From the NCBI GenBank assembly GCA_013265495.1, contig MU058781.1:2086158-2150157 (forward strand): a DNA stretch of 64,000 nucleotides, given 5' to 3'. Positions 63,216 through 64,000 of the stretch are shown piece by piece (position 1 is the first letter of the stretch; each line of letters begins with the position of its first letter). The notes beneath the pieces are model-generated. The model was not told the DNA's origin. It saw only the letters and a program-made list of their open reading frames with translations, and did not search any database. Origin of the DNA: Vicugna vicugna (Eukaryota). A program made the translations under genes and the position numbers.

Positions 63216-64000
63216 TCCATCCCACTGGCTTCTTCCTCTTTTATATCACATGCACAGAGAAGGATGATGTAGTTCTATACTTTGCCATGAGTCTTGATAG
63301 TGAGTTCAAATAACTGTTTCAAAGTGTTTCCATATAGTGCGCATTGCAGTTTTACAGAGGATTTGTTTCAGGTTTAAACTTTCCCATTGAACCATGTGCT
63401 GCTTTGGCAGCAGAGATGACTGAGGGAATTTTTCAGAAACATACCTCAGTGGAAAAAAGTCTGGTTAGAAAACAGAACGGATAAACTTGCTCAGCTAGCG
63501 GATTCCTTGCATTCTCTAAACCAAATATGTACAAGACGAGGAAGCCAAAGCAGCCAACATAAATCCCCCGAAAGATGGTTGTGACTCGCCTGTCAGCTGT
63601 GCACATAGTCATCAGCCACCTCAGATCCTGTTGCAAATGAGCTTTGTGGGTTTGTTTATTGTTCTGCAGAGACAGCCTGCAGTTCAAACACAGAGAAGCG
63701 TTGGTCTCTTCAGCTCCAAAGTTTCTGACCTTAAAAGCACAAGTCTCATCACAAAGTGTGGTCTGTAGCAGCCTTGGAGACAAACGAGCACTCCCAGTCT
63801 TAAAGAAATCAGGACTGAACTTAAGGAACCAGAGAAGGGACCAAACAGATTTTCATAAAATGACACCTCTCCTGTCCCTTTTGCTTATTTTTTGTGGGAA
63901 TTGGTATTGGTGGGTGACTCCAAGATATGACCCAAGAAGACACTTGTGTTATCTTTGATGTATAAAATAGGAGAAGGTACAGAGATGAGTGGGAGACATT

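Noticed and set aside
63433..63958. ORFs of 104-116 aa near the window end
   Set aside because: No recognisable protein features or exon structure.
1..64000. CRISPR arrays, operons or prokaryote-style defence systems
   Set aside because: The sequence is mammalian (spliced gene, LINE/SINE/LTR content); no regularly spaced repeat arrays were seen.

Overview
Mammalian genomic DNA, most likely a camelid (inferred from a young tRNA-derived SINE with perfect TSDs and no Alu, B1, Bov-tA or PRE-type SINEs seen). The one protein-coding gene is TMEM170B on the + strand. It has a CpG-island promoter (~31.7-33.0 kb), three coding exons (32603-32699, 45933-46103, 52959-53089; 399 nt, 132 aa, canonical GT-AG phase-1 introns) and an inferred ~7.8 kb 3' UTR. 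Upstream lies a full-length, decayed processed pseudogene of THAP12/PRKRIR (~15410-18570), nested in an old L1 that also carries a MER47/Tigger5-type insertion. The rest is ordinary interspersed repeat (L1, L2, CR1/L3, MIR, MaLR/ERV LTRs, hAT and Tigger/mariner elements); family names are from recognition, not a database search, and many repeat boundaries are approximate. The most unusual observation is a ~140-nt element present twice in the TMEM170B 3' UTR, whose differences preserve base pairing (candidate structured RNA element). Also notable are an in-frame upstream ATG (72-aa N-terminal extension), a uORF, an extended CTCF site pair and a solo ERV LTR just upstream of the promoter. I found no clear evidence of a new multi-gene system.
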